A stretch of DNA of 64,000 nt from a virus, in the IMG/VR virus record IMGVR_UViG_3300031159_000072, positions 1 to 64,000 of that record, one strand, 5' to 3'. How positions within the stretch are numbered: position 1 is the stretch's first letter; each line of letters opens with the position of its first letter. Of the stretch, positions 26,683 to 36,618 are shown in pieces. The notes beneath the pieces were generated by a model. The model saw only the letters and a list, made by a program, of their open reading frames with translations, made no database searches and was not told the origin of the DNA. The position numbers were made by a program, and so were the translations under genes.

Positions 26683-27437
26683 TGGCCACGCCTGTCCCTC
26701 AGTTCAAGAACCAGGGCAACCTTGTTCCTGGCGGCCCGACGGCCACCCTTCCGTTCACCGTGCCCGCCGACCTTTCGGACACGATGCTGCTCGTGCAGCT
26801 CTCGTCGCTCGCCACCAACGCCCTCAACCAGTCGAACGACTATGGATCGGTCATCTGGAATGGCATGCAGCCTCTGACCCGGATCTGCCGAATCGAGATT
26901 CTGAGAGGAGCTGGAGGATCTAGCCCGGACAGCACGACCGTCGAGTTGTGGGGCCTTCTCAACCCAACGCCCGGAACCGGAAACGTCGTCGCCACGACAG
27001 TCGATGAGACTTCCATCAGCCGAGTCATCATGCAGGCGACCGTCTTGTCTGGCGTGAACCAGACGACCGGCTGGCGCGGACTTGTCCCGAACCAAGGTCA
27101 ATCCTCCAGCGCCAGCGTCACCGTTACGACGATCGGACACGACAGCCTGATCTGGGCGGCGTACTCCCAGTGGAACGGCACTGGCACAATGGAAGCCGGC
27201 GTCGGGATTACAGAGCATCTCATGATGGGTGGCCTTGGCGGCACCGACATCACCGGCTGGGCCGGGAGCAAGCCGGCTCCGTCGCCCGGCGGTTACATCA
27301 TGGATGTTTCCGGCGGCGCCAACGGCGCCGAGTGGGTCATGGCCGGCATCGAGATCCTGTCTTCCGATGGGCAAGAGCCGCCGCCCCAGCCGTCCGCTGG
27401 CATTTCGTCCACGTCCATCATCGTCATCAGCAGCTAA
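26682..27437 (+). CDS. hypothetical structural protein (251 aa)
   Basis: TGATG-coupled; Ser/Thr/Gly-rich β-type composition. Confidence 0.5.
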   Translation: MATPVPQFKNQGNLVPGGPTATLPFTVPADLSDTMLLVQLSSLATNALNQSNDYGSVIWNGMQPLTRICRIEILRGAGGSSPDSTTVELWGLLNPTPGTGNVVATTVDETSISRVIMQATVLSGVNQTTGWRGLVPNQGQSSSASVTVTTIGHDSLIWAAYSQWNGTGTMEAGVGITEHLMMGGLGGTDITGWAGSKPAPSPGGYIMDVSGGANGAEWVMAGIEILSSDGQEPPPQPSAGISSTSIIVISS

Positions 27438-27440
27438 CCC

Positions 27441-29858
27441 ATGGCCCAGATCGTCGTCTCCGGCTCCGGCATCGCTTCGCGCGGCAGAGGCATTATCATC
27501 CCCGGCGAAGCCCCACCGCTTCCTGGCAGCGCCATCTTTGTGACGACGCAGCCGATCGCGAACGATAGCGCGTCCCTCCAGACGAACCAGCCCATCGTCT
27601 TTGGCCTCGGCTTCGCTCAGGGCGCCGTGCAGGCGGGCTGGCGTCTGAGACTCGAAATGCCAGACGAGACGCCGATCGTCACGCAGGTTGACGATCGCAC
27701 GCGCTGGCCGGACGGCAGCCTTAAGCACTGCCGCGTCAGTTGCTTCGTGCCTTCGATTGACGGCTTGTCCACGATGGACCTCCGAGTCGTGCGCGAGCAG
27801 GCCGCCTTCAACAACGCGGGCTCGGGCACCATTGGCGACATCCTGGCCAACCCGGACAACGACCTGAACGTCCGGCTCACCAACCTGGTGGCGTCGGCCG
27901 GTCTTGTCTCCACCGGCTCCGGCACTTGGCAGGGCGATCTGTTCGACGCGCTCACCACCGGCCGCGTCAAGAAGATTGGCAGCGGCCCAGTCTGCGATGA
28001 GTGGGAGGCGGTTGCTCCCTTCAAAGACGTCGTCAACGGAACCGCTCACGAAACCCTAGAGCACCGCTGGTACGTTCGCCTATGGGCCTCCGGCGCCCTC
28101 CAGTACGTCTGTCTCGTCGAGCAGACGAAGATGTTCACGCCCAACGACAAAATGACCTACGACGCCGTCCTGCGCGTCGGCTCCACGATCATTCACGACT
28201 ACGGCACCGTCGATGCCCACTACGAACATTCCGGCTGGTTTACCGTGGACGAGGCCGGCGAAATGCGCTGGCGCGGCATCTCGAAGCCGCCGCTTCGGAT
28301 GCTTGTCAACCGGGAGTACTGGCGCGTCACTGGCCTGATCCCGTCTTTCGACCTCAGCGTTACTCCAAATCCGGCCGACGATGCGTCTGTTCTGTCCTAT
28401 ACGCCGATGTGGCGGCATGACTTGCGAAGGGCGTTTGACACGGCAGGCGCCAGCGACTTCCAGATCGGCCTCTGCACCGGCTGGTTCAGCCATGCCTTCC
28501 TGTCAAACGGCAAGAACTATTGGCGCCGCTCGCGCATCAACAGCCTGAGCTACGCACACATGCCGTGTTCGTGGCGCAACGACGCTGTCAACATGGAAGT
28601 GCCCCACTTCCTCCCCTACACCAGCAGCGCTGAGGGCGACTGGTCGGTCCTTGGGGCCGGGCTCATCAACACCTATGCCGGCTCCGGCTACAACAGCTCT
28701 TACGATCGCTCCAGCGACATCAAGATCCACAACAAGGATTTGTCCCCGGCTTGGGAACCCCAGTTCGACAGCTCTCACTTCCCCAGCCTCCCGTACTGGC
28801 ACTACCTGTTCGAGGGGCATCGCTATTGGCTCGATCTGCTGCACCTGTCTGGCACCTGGCACACTCTTCAGTACCGGCAGCGCCGGGTGAGCGTCGGCGG
28901 CACCACATACGACGGCATACTCAGCCTCATGATCCAGTCGCGCGAGTCGGCTTGGGCGCTCCGCGAGATCCTGCTGGCCGCCGCCATCACGCCAACTGAG
29001 GTCGTCGATACAGCCAACGATGCCGTGCCTGCGATCGGCGCCTACTTCCGCGCGCTTCGTGAGGAAAACATGGCGTTTGCGGCCGCCCGCATTGCCGACG
29101 AGTTCGCCGGCATCGAGCACATGGGCCTGTGGAATGACTCCAAGACCGGCACCTACGTGCTTGTGAGTTGGCAGCACGATTTCATCATTCAGGCCATTGC
29201 CCAGGGTTATCTCGCGAGCGGCCACCAGGGGCTGAAGGACTTCCTGTACCACATCATCAAATGGCGCATCGGGCTCTTCGACGAAACGAAGGGGCACCCT
29301 TACTTCGCCTCCGCTTACAAGCACAGTTGCAGGCTGCACTTCGAGACGACCGAATGGGTCGACGACTTCTCCAAGGTCATGTGCGCGGAACTGGTCTCCA
29401 GCATCTCCTTCAACCCCGCGACCAGCGAGGTGACGATCGTCCACGGCTTTTCGGACCTTCTCACGGAAGGCACCCCTGTTCAGTTCTCCAAGAACAGTGG
29501 GAGCGCCGTGATGCCGACCGGCCTAACCTATGCCGCGACCTATTACATCCGCGACCTGGTAATTGGCTCCGGCACGGCGACTTTCCGCCTGTCAACGACC
29601 CCCGACGGCAGCAACCTTGCGACCTTCTCCGACACCGGGTCCGGCTCAAAATACATGAGCGTTCATTTTGAGAGAGGCCGAAGCGGTTTCGTGGGAGACT
29701 ACGATCACGGCTACGCGGCGATCGCGCGCGGCGCCTGCGTCTTGGCCGCCAATGCCGGGGTTGCGGAGGCCCGGACCGTTTTCGATTACATCGAAGCCAA
29801 TCGCGGGCCAGACTGGAACTTCCCAAAACAGACTCGTTTTGCCTGGGTCCCGCTCTGA
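27441..29858 (+). CDS. large structural protein (805 aa), possible tail-associated enzyme
   Basis: Trp/His/Tyr-rich central region (YWLDLLHLSGTWHTLQYRQ...) like polysaccharide-lyase-type tailspikes; inference only. Confidence 0.4.
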   Translation: MAQIVVSGSGIASRGRGIIIPGEAPPLPGSAIFVTTQPIANDSASLQTNQPIVFGLGFAQGAVQAGWRLRLEMPDETPIVTQVDDRTRWPDGSLKHCRVSCFVPSIDGLSTMDLRVVREQAAFNNAGSGTIGDILANPDNDLNVRLTNLVASAGLVSTGSGTWQGDLFDALTTGRVKKIGSGPVCDEWEAVAPFKDVVNGTAHETLEHRWYVRLWASGALQYVCLVEQTKMFTPNDKMTYDAVLRVGSTIIHDYGTVDAHYEHSGWFTVDEAGEMRWRGISKPPLRMLVNREYWRVTGLIPSFDLSVTPNPADDASVLSYTPMWRHDLRRAFDTAGASDFQIGLCTGWFSHAFLSNGKNYWRRSRINSLSYAHMPCSWRNDAVNMEVPHFLPYTSSAEGDWSVLGAGLINTYAGSGYNSSYDRSSDIKIHNKDLSPAWEPQFDSSHFPSLPYWHYLFEGHRYWLDLLHLSGTWHTLQYRQRRVSVGGTTYDGILSLMIQSRESAWALREILLAAAITPTEVVDTANDAVPAIGAYFRALREENMAFAAARIADEFAGIEHMGLWNDSKTGTYVLVSWQHDFIIQAIAQGYLASGHQGLKDFLYHIIKWRIGLFDETKGHPYFASAYKHSCRLHFETTEWVDDFSKVMCAELVSSISFNPATSEVTIVHGFSDLLTEGTPVQFSKNSGSAVMPTGLTYAATYYIRDLVIGSGTATFRLSTTPDGSNLATFSDTGSGSKYMSVHFERGRSGFVGDYDHGYAAIARGACVLAANAGVAEARTVFDYIEANRGPDWNFPKQTRFAWVPL

Positions 29859-29896
29859 CGGACGACGCCTGATCCGGCCGATGCCATAACCCCAGC

Positions 29897-30967
29897 ATGG
29901 CCATCTCGATCATCTCGTCCGACGGCGTTGAGCACGGCGTCAACCCCTTCGACATCGTCCGCCTGGACGAGTCTGGGCGTCTGCCGCCCGTCGACGGCTC
30001 GCAGCTCACGAACCTCGTCCAGGCTTCCACGAGCCAGCCCGGCCTCGTCGAGTTGGCCACTGACGCCGAGGCGCGCGCCGGAACCGCCTCGAACCTCGCT
30101 GTCACCCCGGCCAACCTGGCCGCGACCCGCGGCCAGACGCCCTACCGCGAGTCAGGCGTCAGCATCAACCAGACGCTCGCCGACCGCGGCGGCATGGTGG
30201 CCTTCACCGCCGGCGGCGTAACCTTCAGCCTGCTCGCCGGCGCCACCGCCGGCGCCGGCTTCGTGACTCGCGTGAAGCACGCCGGCACGAGCGGTACGGT
30301 CACGATTGACCCCAACGGCTCCGAGACGATCGACGGTGCGTCCACCATGACCCTCTACGCCGGTCAGTGGGCAGACATCGTCTGGACAGGCTCCCAGTGG
30401 AGCACGTCTGCCTTCGCCGGCTTCCTGGCGGGCGACATCAAGATGACCGCGCACGCCACAACCCAGGTCGGCTGGATTCCCTGCGACGGCCGCGCCCTCA
30501 GCCGCACGGACTACCCCGCGCTCTTCGCAGCCATCGGCACCACTTGGGGTGCCGGTGACGGCAGCACCACTTTCAACGTTCCGGACGCGCGGGGCCGCGG
30601 CCCGATCGGTCAGGGCGATGGTGGCCCCAGTCTCACCAACCGCGTCGTCGGCCAGACGGGGGGCGAAGAGGCCCACACGCTCACCACGCAGGAAATGCCG
30701 CCGCACAGTCACGGCGCCGGGTCCTTGGCGACAAACACCGCGGGCGCCCACACGCACACCCTCGACATCAACAAAGAAGGCGGCGGCTCCCTGTTCTCCC
30801 AGTACCTCGACATTGGCGGCACGAACGGGAAAACCTCGGTTATCACGGCGAGATCCGCGGGGAACCACTCGCACGACGTGACGGGCTCAACCTCCTCCGC
30901 CGGCGGCAGCCAGCCGCACAACAACATGCAGCCCTTCTTCGTCGTGGGTTTTGCCATCAAGACGTGA
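29897..30967 (+). CDS. tail fibre protein with a C-terminal phage tail-collar domain
   Basis: GWIPCDGRALSRTDYPALFAAIGTTWGAGDGSTTFNVPDARGRGPIGQG...GEEAHTLT..EMPPHSH is the canonical tail-collar signature. Confidence 0.8.
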   Translation: MAISIISSDGVEHGVNPFDIVRLDESGRLPPVDGSQLTNLVQASTSQPGLVELATDAEARAGTASNLAVTPANLAATRGQTPYRESGVSINQTLADRGGMVAFTAGGVTFSLLAGATAGAGFVTRVKHAGTSGTVTIDPNGSETIDGASTMTLYAGQWADIVWTGSQWSTSAFAGFLAGDIKMTAHATTQVGWIPCDGRALSRTDYPALFAAIGTTWGAGDGSTTFNVPDARGRGPIGQGDGGPSLTNRVVGQTGGEEAHTLTTQEMPPHSHGAGSLATNTAGAHTHTLDINKEGGGSLFSQYLDIGGTNGKTSVITARSAGNHSHDVTGSTSSAGGSQPHNNMQPFFVVGFAIKT

Positions 30968-30971
30968 CGCC

Positions 30972-31235
30972 ATGGCCGACCCGACCCAGACCTCGACCGA
31001 CATCCTGCTGGCCATCGGGCGCCTCGAGGGCAAGATGGACGCGCTGGTCACGTCTGTTTCCGCGTTGCACGCGAGCCAGACGGCGCTCGACCAGAAGTAC
31101 GACTACGAGACCAAGCAGCTCCACAAGCGCGTCAACGATCTCGAGCGCGGCCAAGCCTACCGCGCGGGAGCTTGGGCGACCCTGGCGACCCTCGCTTCGG
31201 TGGTCATTAACTACGTCGTCAGAAAGTTCTCGTGA
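30972..31235 (+). CDS. small coiled-coil protein with a C-terminal TM helix (87 aa)
   Basis: MADPTQTSTDILLAIGRLEG...AWATLATLASVVINYVV; possible fibre-assembly or holin-like protein. Confidence 0.4.
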   Translation: MADPTQTSTDILLAIGRLEGKMDALVTSVSALHASQTALDQKYDYETKQLHKRVNDLERGQAYRAGAWATLATLASVVINYVVRKFS

Positions 31236-31516
31236 CCCCAAAAGAAGCGCATCGCGCCGTCAGTGAACTCATCGCCTCGCCAGGCTGGTCCTACCTCCGC
31301 TCGATCATGCGCGAGGAAGCCTATATCGCCGCCCTCAACATCGCCGATCCCCGCCCCATGGACCGCACGCAGATCGACTTCCAGCGCGGCGCCATCTGGG
31401 CGGCCAAGCAGCTCCTGGCCATGCCAGAGCGCGTCCTCCAGAAGCTGGAGGGCGACATTCTCCTGGAAGAAAGCCTCAACAAGGCGGACGACGCCCGCAA
31501 ACAAGACGCCTCATAA
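31232..31516 (+). CDS. hypothetical protein (94 aa)
   Basis: ATGA-coupled; balanced composition. Confidence 0.45.
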   Translation: MTPKEAHRAVSELIASPGWSYLRSIMREEAYIAALNIADPRPMDRTQIDFQRGAIWAAKQLLAMPERVLQKLEGDILLEESLNKADDARKQDAS

Positions 31517-31558
31517 GTGTCTCAATCCCGCTACGGCCGGATCACTTAGGAGTTCTTC

Positions 31559-32563
31559 ATGCCCCCCATCGACGATCGTGAGTTTATCGACCGCATCGCT
31601 TCCGCCGCGCTTGGCGTGCCGGCACAGGCCGCGGCTCCGCAAGAGGCCGCAGCCCAGGTCGCGGAAGCCGCTAAGAAGGCGGCCGAGGAAACCGTCGAGG
31701 CCGCTGCGCCCGAGACCGAGGCCGACAACCAGGCCGAGCCCGCCGTTGTCTACGAGGTCGACTTCGACGGTCAGAAACGCAAGTTTACGCCCGAGCAGAT
31801 CAAGGGCACCATCAGCCGCTACGCCGCGCTCAACCAGCGTCACGCCACCCTCAAGCCGGTCATCCAGGTCGCTGAGGAACTCATGGAGAAGTCCGGCCGC
31901 AGCTCCACGGACGTGGCCCGCTTCATCATCCAGGCGCTCAAGGCGGCCACCAAGAACCCGACGATGGGCGGCAAGGACAACAAGGTCGAGAAGCCGGCCG
32001 AGCCGGCGGCCGACATCGAGGACGCCCTCACCGCTTGGGAGCAGGAGAACGCGGCGTCCCTGCCGCCCGGCTACCGCGAGATGAGCAAGACGATGCAGCA
32101 GCTCGCGGAGGGGCAGCGCGCGCTCCAGCAGATGATCCAGTCTGTCCTGGCCACGGCGCGCGGCACCGCCGACGCGGCCGGCGCCATCAACGCCGATAGC
32201 CGGGCGCGCCAGATCCAAGCGGCCCGCCAGACGATCTCCAACAACCTCACCCGCGCGCAGCAGCAGCTCCAGCTCCCGGACGAAGCCGTCAACGACTTCA
32301 TCACGTTCGCCACCGAGCGCGGCTACACCATGGAGGACTTCCTCGATCCCGATCTGACGCTCAGGGTCGTGACCGACTTCAAGAACGCCATGAACTCCCC
32401 GGAGATGATGCGCCTGCGGGCCATCGCCGAGAAGCGCCAAGCCTACACGGGCTCGCTCGGCTCGACGCCCGCGACGCAGGGCTCCGCCCCGGTGACCGCG
32501 AAGGAGCCGACGCCGCTCGAACGCCTCACCACCATCGCCATGCAGCGACGCGGGATCGGTTAA
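31559..32563 (+). CDS. putative scaffolding protein
   Basis: 334 aa, highly helical, Ala/Glu/Gln-rich, directly upstream of the major capsid gene. Confidence 0.55.
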   Translation: MPPIDDREFIDRIASAALGVPAQAAAPQEAAAQVAEAAKKAAEETVEAAAPETEADNQAEPAVVYEVDFDGQKRKFTPEQIKGTISRYAALNQRHATLKPVIQVAEELMEKSGRSSTDVARFIIQALKAATKNPTMGGKDNKVEKPAEPAADIEDALTAWEQENAASLPPGYREMSKTMQQLAEGQRALQQMIQSVLATARGTADAAGAINADSRARQIQAARQTISNNLTRAQQQLQLPDEAVNDFITFATERGYTMEDFLDPDLTLRVVTDFKNAMNSPEMMRLRAIAEKRQAYTGSLGSTPATQGSAPVTAKEPTPLERLTTIAMQRRGIG

Positions 32564-32606
32564 GGCTTGCACTGGAGACGTCCGAGACGTACAACCTAGA
32601 CGTTGC

Positions 32607-32681
32607 TGCGGCGGCGTAGGCGCCTTGCAAGGCGTAGCCGGAACGCGCCTACGCCCCCCCCGAAACATCCGGTCCGCAGCA
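32607..32681 (+). other. compound GC hairpin (outer GCTGCGG/CCGCAGC, inner GCGTAGGCGC/GCGCCTACGC) followed by a C8 run
   Basis: Direct read between the scaffold stop and the tRNA-like elements. Confidence 0.5.
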
Positions 32682-32750
32682 GCCTTGTGGCGGGGAGCCT
32701 TGGAGGCCGGCGGGCCTCATAAGCCCGTCCTCGGTGGTTCGATTCCACCC
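32679..32750 (+). ncRNA. tRNA-like element 1 (CAT anticodon loop, canonical T-arm, 3' CCA; degenerate D-arm)
   Basis: Anticodon stem-loop CGGGC-CTCATAA-GCCCG, T-arm GGTGG-TTCGATT-CCACC, acceptor GGCGGGG/CTCCGCT with two G·U pairs, then A-CCA; the D-region is only ~13 nt. Confidence 0.4.
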
Positions 32751-32752
32751 TC

Positions 32753-32828
32753 CGCTACCAATGCGGCGTTGGTCACTCTGGTGAGGGCCTCGGCCTTCCA
32801 AGCCATTGAGGCGAGTTCGATTCTCGCA
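32753..32828 (+). tRNA. tRNA-like gene, 76 nt, Gly(TCC)-like anticodon loop
   Basis: Perfect 7-bp acceptor GCGGCGT/ACGCCGC, discriminator T, CCA; T-arm GCGAG-TTCGATT-CTCGC at canonical positions 49-65; anticodon loop CTTCCAA but only 3 of 5 stem pairs. Confidence 0.55.
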
Positions 32829-32841
32829 CGCCGCTCCAGAC

Positions 32842-32888
32842 GGGGGCCGCCCCGACTTAAACCGTAGGGGCGGCCCCTTCATTTTCGG
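32842..32888 (+). terminator. rho-independent terminator
   Basis: GGGGCCGCCCC-(13 nt)-GGGGCGGCCCC followed by TTCATTTTCGGG. Confidence 0.7.
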
Positions 32889-33084
32889 GACGAAAACCTC
32901 CCGAACCATTCGCTAGACACGAAGACAGCGTAAGTCCCCGCCGCCATTCAGCGTCCGCGATTCCGCCGACGCGCCACGCCGCGAAGGGACCGAAGCACCG
33001 AGCGACGGCCGAGGCCGCGATGACCATTCCGCGACCGGCGCGAGCGCTCCCGAGAGCTTTGGTTTCAATTCGTGGAGCATTCAC

Positions 33085-34272
33085 ATGCCTACCCCGATTC
33101 TGGGTCTGCGCGGGACTGGCGAGTTCAACCAGGATTTCCGCCCGACCAACTATCGCGAGCTGTTCACGCTCCTCGAGCCGAACGGCACCGCGCCCCTCAA
33201 CGCGCTTCTGGCCATGGCCACGAACGAGGCCACGGACGACCCGAAGTTCAACAACTTCCGGGACGAGCTGCCTGACCGGACGCTGACCGTTGACAACGAG
33301 ACCGGCTACAACGCCACCACCACGACCCTCCAAATGGATGCCGGCTCCGAGGTCGGTTACGTCCTGGCCGGCTCTATCGTCGTCAACTCGCGCACCGGCG
33401 AGGTGATGCACGCGACGGCCGACGGCAACACCGTGGCCAAGACGATCACCGTCACCCGCAACATTGGCGGCACGTCGCACACCATCAACGACGGCGACCA
33501 ACTCTTCGTCGCCGGCTTCGCGGCGAAGGAAGGTTCGAGCGCCCCGAACGCGATCTCCTTCGACGCCGTCGTCGACTACAACTACACCCAGATCTTCAAG
33601 ACGCCCTTCAAGGTCTCGGGCACCCTCGACAACACCCGTCTGCGGACCGGGAACAAGTACGACGAGGCCATGACGAAGGCGCTCAAGCTCCACATGAGCG
33701 ACATCGAGCGCGCCTTCTTCTGGTCCATCCGCAATGAGGTGAACGGCTCGACCTCCGAGCCGCTGCGCTTCACCGGCGGCCTGATGAACCTCCTGCAAAA
33801 CCAGACGATCGACGTGTCCACCTTCGACACGCCGAACGACATGACCGAAGATCAGTTCGACCGTCTGCTGATCGACACGATCTTCGCCTACGGCTCGGCC
33901 GAGAAGCTGGCCTTCGTCGGCGCGACCGTCGCCGGCCACCTCCAGAAGTTCGGCAAGAACCGCTGGCAGCCGACCCAGGTGCAGGGCACCTACGGCGTCA
34001 ACGTCACCCGATACCAGACCTTCGCCGGCGACCTGATGGTTCACCTGCACCCGCAGTTCCGCCAGGTGCCGGGCATGGACAGCGCGATGGTCATTCTGGA
34101 CCTGCCGCACGTCAAGTACCGCTACCTGCAAAACCGCGACACGCATCTTCAGGAGAACATCCAGGCGAACGACGAGGACGCCAAGAAGTCGCAGTACCTC
34201 ACGGAATGCGGCCTCGAGCTGACCCAGTCCAAGGTCCACGCCGTCATCAAGAACTGGAAGACCGTCTCCTAA
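33085..34272 (+). CDS. major capsid protein (HK97-fold type)
   Basis: 395 aa directly after the scaffold; GGAG RBS; composition and length typical of podovirus major capsid proteins. Confidence 0.7.
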   Translation: MPTPILGLRGTGEFNQDFRPTNYRELFTLLEPNGTAPLNALLAMATNEATDDPKFNNFRDELPDRTLTVDNETGYNATTTTLQMDAGSEVGYVLAGSIVVNSRTGEVMHATADGNTVAKTITVTRNIGGTSHTINDGDQLFVAGFAAKEGSSAPNAISFDAVVDYNYTQIFKTPFKVSGTLDNTRLRTGNKYDEAMTKALKLHMSDIERAFFWSIRNEVNGSTSEPLRFTGGLMNLLQNQTIDVSTFDTPNDMTEDQFDRLLIDTIFAYGSAEKLAFVGATVAGHLQKFGKNRWQPTQVQGTYGVNVTRYQTFAGDLMVHLHPQFRQVPGMDSAMVILDLPHVKYRYLQNRDTHLQENIQANDEDAKKSQYLTECGLELTQSKVHAVIKNWKTVS

Positions 34273-34312
34273 TCGGGACGATCCCGATAACCCTTCCGGG
34301 CACTCTTCGCGA

Positions 34313-34348
34313 GGGCCGGGCTCACAAGGCCCGGCCCTCTTTCTTTCC
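34313..34348 (+). terminator. rho-independent terminator after the capsid gene
   Basis: GGGCCGGGC-TCACAA-GGCCCGGCCC followed by TCTTTCTTTCC; a strong RBS ACAGGAGG follows. Confidence 0.7.
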
Positions 34349-34360
34349 ACAGGAGGACCC

Positions 34361-34687
34361 ATGTCAAAGGCCGTCGTCGGCACCCAGACCACAGGAACCG
34401 CCATCCCCCAGGAGGACGCGAAGGCCGTGCGCAAGGGCGCCGAGAACCGCGCCCGCGAGGTCGCCCGCGGCGAGGCCGCGAAGCGCCCGCCGCGCCGGAC
34501 CGAGACCATGTTCATCACCGCCGGCCCCGTCCCCGAGAAGTTCGACATCTACATGGGCAACATCACGATCAGGGGCTCGCGCAACGAGGGGACAGGGCAC
34601 TGCATTTTCCGCGTGCCTAACGAGCTGGTCGAGCGCTTCATGCGCCATTCCCTCGTCAAGTTCGGCCACATCATTCTCGCCGAGTGA
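34361..34687 (+). CDS. hypothetical virion protein (108 aa)
   Basis: Follows the capsid terminator, has its own RBS. Confidence 0.5.
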   Translation: MSKAVVGTQTTGTAIPQEDAKAVRKGAENRAREVARGEAAKRPPRRTETMFITAGPVPEKFDIYMGNITIRGSRNEGTGHCIFRVPNELVERFMRHSLVKFGHIILAE

Positions 34688-34690
34688 CCG

Positions 34691-35128
34691 ATGACCGGCA
34701 GCAGCCCGCACATCATCGAAGGCGCCAGCCCCCTTGAGGTCCTGGCCATGCGTGCCCTCCGGCGCTACGGCGACTTCCATCCCGGCACGGTCGACGGCGA
34801 CGTCATTCTGATGTTCATCGACTTCGCCAACGAGATCCTCCAGGACCTCCGTGGCCACCCCTACTGGAGCACGCCGATCGAGGATTACACCAGCCAAACG
34901 GAGACCCGCCCGGTCCCGGACAACATCATCGTGACTGGGCTGCTCTACAGGTACGCCATCCAGCAGATGTCCGCGAAGGCGCCCGTCTACGAGCGCCTCT
35001 ACTTCCAGACGATGAACCAGACGCTCTGGAACCTGCTGAACGGCAACACGCGGCTCCGCCTGCGCGTCGTTGACGGCACGCCTACGAACGAGACCAACGG
35101 CCTCCCCCGTGACGAGGCCGCCGAATGA
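34691..35128 (+). CDS. hypothetical structural protein (145 aa)
   Basis: Tightly linked. Confidence 0.5.
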   Translation: MTGSSPHIIEGASPLEVLAMRALRRYGDFHPGTVDGDVILMFIDFANEILQDLRGHPYWSTPIEDYTSQTETRPVPDNIIVTGLLYRYAIQQMSAKAPVYERLYFQTMNQTLWNLLNGNTRLRLRVVDGTPTNETNGLPRDEAAE

Positions 35129-36618
35129 GCAGCACGCTCTCCCCGTCTGGCGTCAAGACAAAGGCGTTCGCCTACGAGCTGTTCGAGGGGATCGACGCCC
35201 ACCGCGACGCCACCGCCCTCGACACCGGCCGGCACCAGCACCTCACCCGGCTCGAAAACGGGTACTGCGACTGGCGCGGCGTCATCACGCGCGACCCCGG
35301 CGCCATCAAGCGCGGCGCCAACAACGCCGTCATCGACCACATCGCCTTCTTCGGCCGGGACCTGGTCACATGGGCGCAGCGGGACGGCGGCGGCATCACC
35401 CTGAACAGCGACCGCGGCCATGTCGTGGAGGAAGTCTACCCCCTGACGGCCGCCGTCACCTCGACGGTGTTCAACCACCGCGTCCACTTCATGGCCCGCG
35501 GCCACACGATGTACAACTACGACGGCTTCGTCTGGCGCCAGAACGAGAGCCCCTCGAACCCCCAACCCGCCTTCGGCGTGGCCATTCAGCGCCGCCTGGC
35601 CGTCGCCGGCTTCATCGGCCGCCAGACGGCCATCGACTTCAGCCGGGTCGACGATCCGAACGTTTTCCCGGATGACGAGCAGCCGAACAACCCCAACGTC
35701 CTCAAGGCCGCCCGCCTCGACATCCGCAACGTCCTCGGGACCGCCGACGAGATCAAGGGCCTCGGCGTGTTCGAGAGCAACCGGCTGGCCATCTTCACGA
35801 GCGACCGCACGATCATCTACACGATCGAAGAGGACTACACGAGGTGGTCGATCGACGACCGGGCCAACATCCGCGTCGGCACGATCAGCCACAACACCAT
35901 CGCCCAGGCTGGCGGCGACCTCCTCTTCTGCTCGCGCGACGGCGTTCACGCCCTGCGGCGCTCCGACAACAACGGCGTCACGATCTTCACACTGCCACTC
36001 TCGCACAAGATCGACCTTCTGTATCGCCGCCTGCTCCGGTCCGTCGAAAACCCCGAGGCGATCAGCGCCGTCTACGACCAGGACAAAGGCCAGTACCACA
36101 TCTTCTTCCCGCGCCCCGGCGGGGCGCTGGCCACGCGCCTGACCGTCTCGCTGACGCCGAACGACCAGGGCGAGCCCAAGTGGTCCACTGGCACCTTCCT
36201 CAATGCACGTTGCGGCGCCCATCTCGCGGGCCAGCTCCTGTACGGCACTTCTGGGGGCATCTACGAGATCCAGAACATCGAGACTCACACTGAGGTCTCG
36301 CCCAAGATGACGATCGAGACGCCCGTGCTCTGGCAGGGCGCTCTGAACGACTACAAGGAGAGCCACTCGATCATCATCCAGGCGTCTGGGAAGGGCGTTC
36401 TGACCATCGAGGCGTTCGACGAACGCGGCCGTCTTCTGTCCTCGCAGGTCGTCGAGATCCAGGGCGACGCGGACGACAGCTTCCCAGACGTCCCGCTAAA
36501 CAGGCAGTACGAGCGGAAGTTTGAGCATCGCTACCGTGGCGTCCAATTCCGCTTCACGGTCGAGGGGTCCGGGGTCATCCGGATCACTGGCTTCGCGGTC
36601 TTGGTGAGGCGTTCTTAA
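35125..36618 (+). CDS. structural protein (497 aa; tail tubular-type position)
   Basis: ATGA-coupled; position between head and tail genes. Confidence 0.5.
   Translation: MSSTLSPSGVKTKAFAYELFEGIDAHRDATALDTGRHQHLTRLENGYCDWRGVITRDPGAIKRGANNAVIDHIAFFGRDLVTWAQRDGGGITLNSDRGHVVEEVYPLTAAVTSTVFNHRVHFMARGHTMYNYDGFVWRQNESPSNPQPAFGVAIQRRLAVAGFIGRQTAIDFSRVDDPNVFPDDEQPNNPNVLKAARLDIRNVLGTADEIKGLGVFESNRLAIFTSDRTIIYTIEEDYTRWSIDDRANIRVGTISHNTIAQAGGDLLFCSRDGVHALRRSDNNGVTIFTLPLSHKIDLLYRRLLRSVENPEAISAVYDQDKGQYHIFFPRPGGALATRLTVSLTPNDQGEPKWSTGTFLNARCGAHLAGQLLYGTSGGIYEIQNIETHTEVSPKMTIETPVLWQGALNDYKESHSIIIQASGKGVLTIEAFDERGRLLSSQVVEIQGDADDSFPDVPLNRQYERKFEHRYRGVQFRFTVEGSGVIRITGFAVLVRRS

Noticed and set aside
32679-32750. 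Calling tRNA-like element 1 a bona fide tRNA-Met/fMet
   Set aside because: The D-arm is only ~13 nt (3-bp stem, 5-nt loop) and the acceptor needs two G·U pairs. It is kept as a tRNA-like ncRNA rather than a tRNA.
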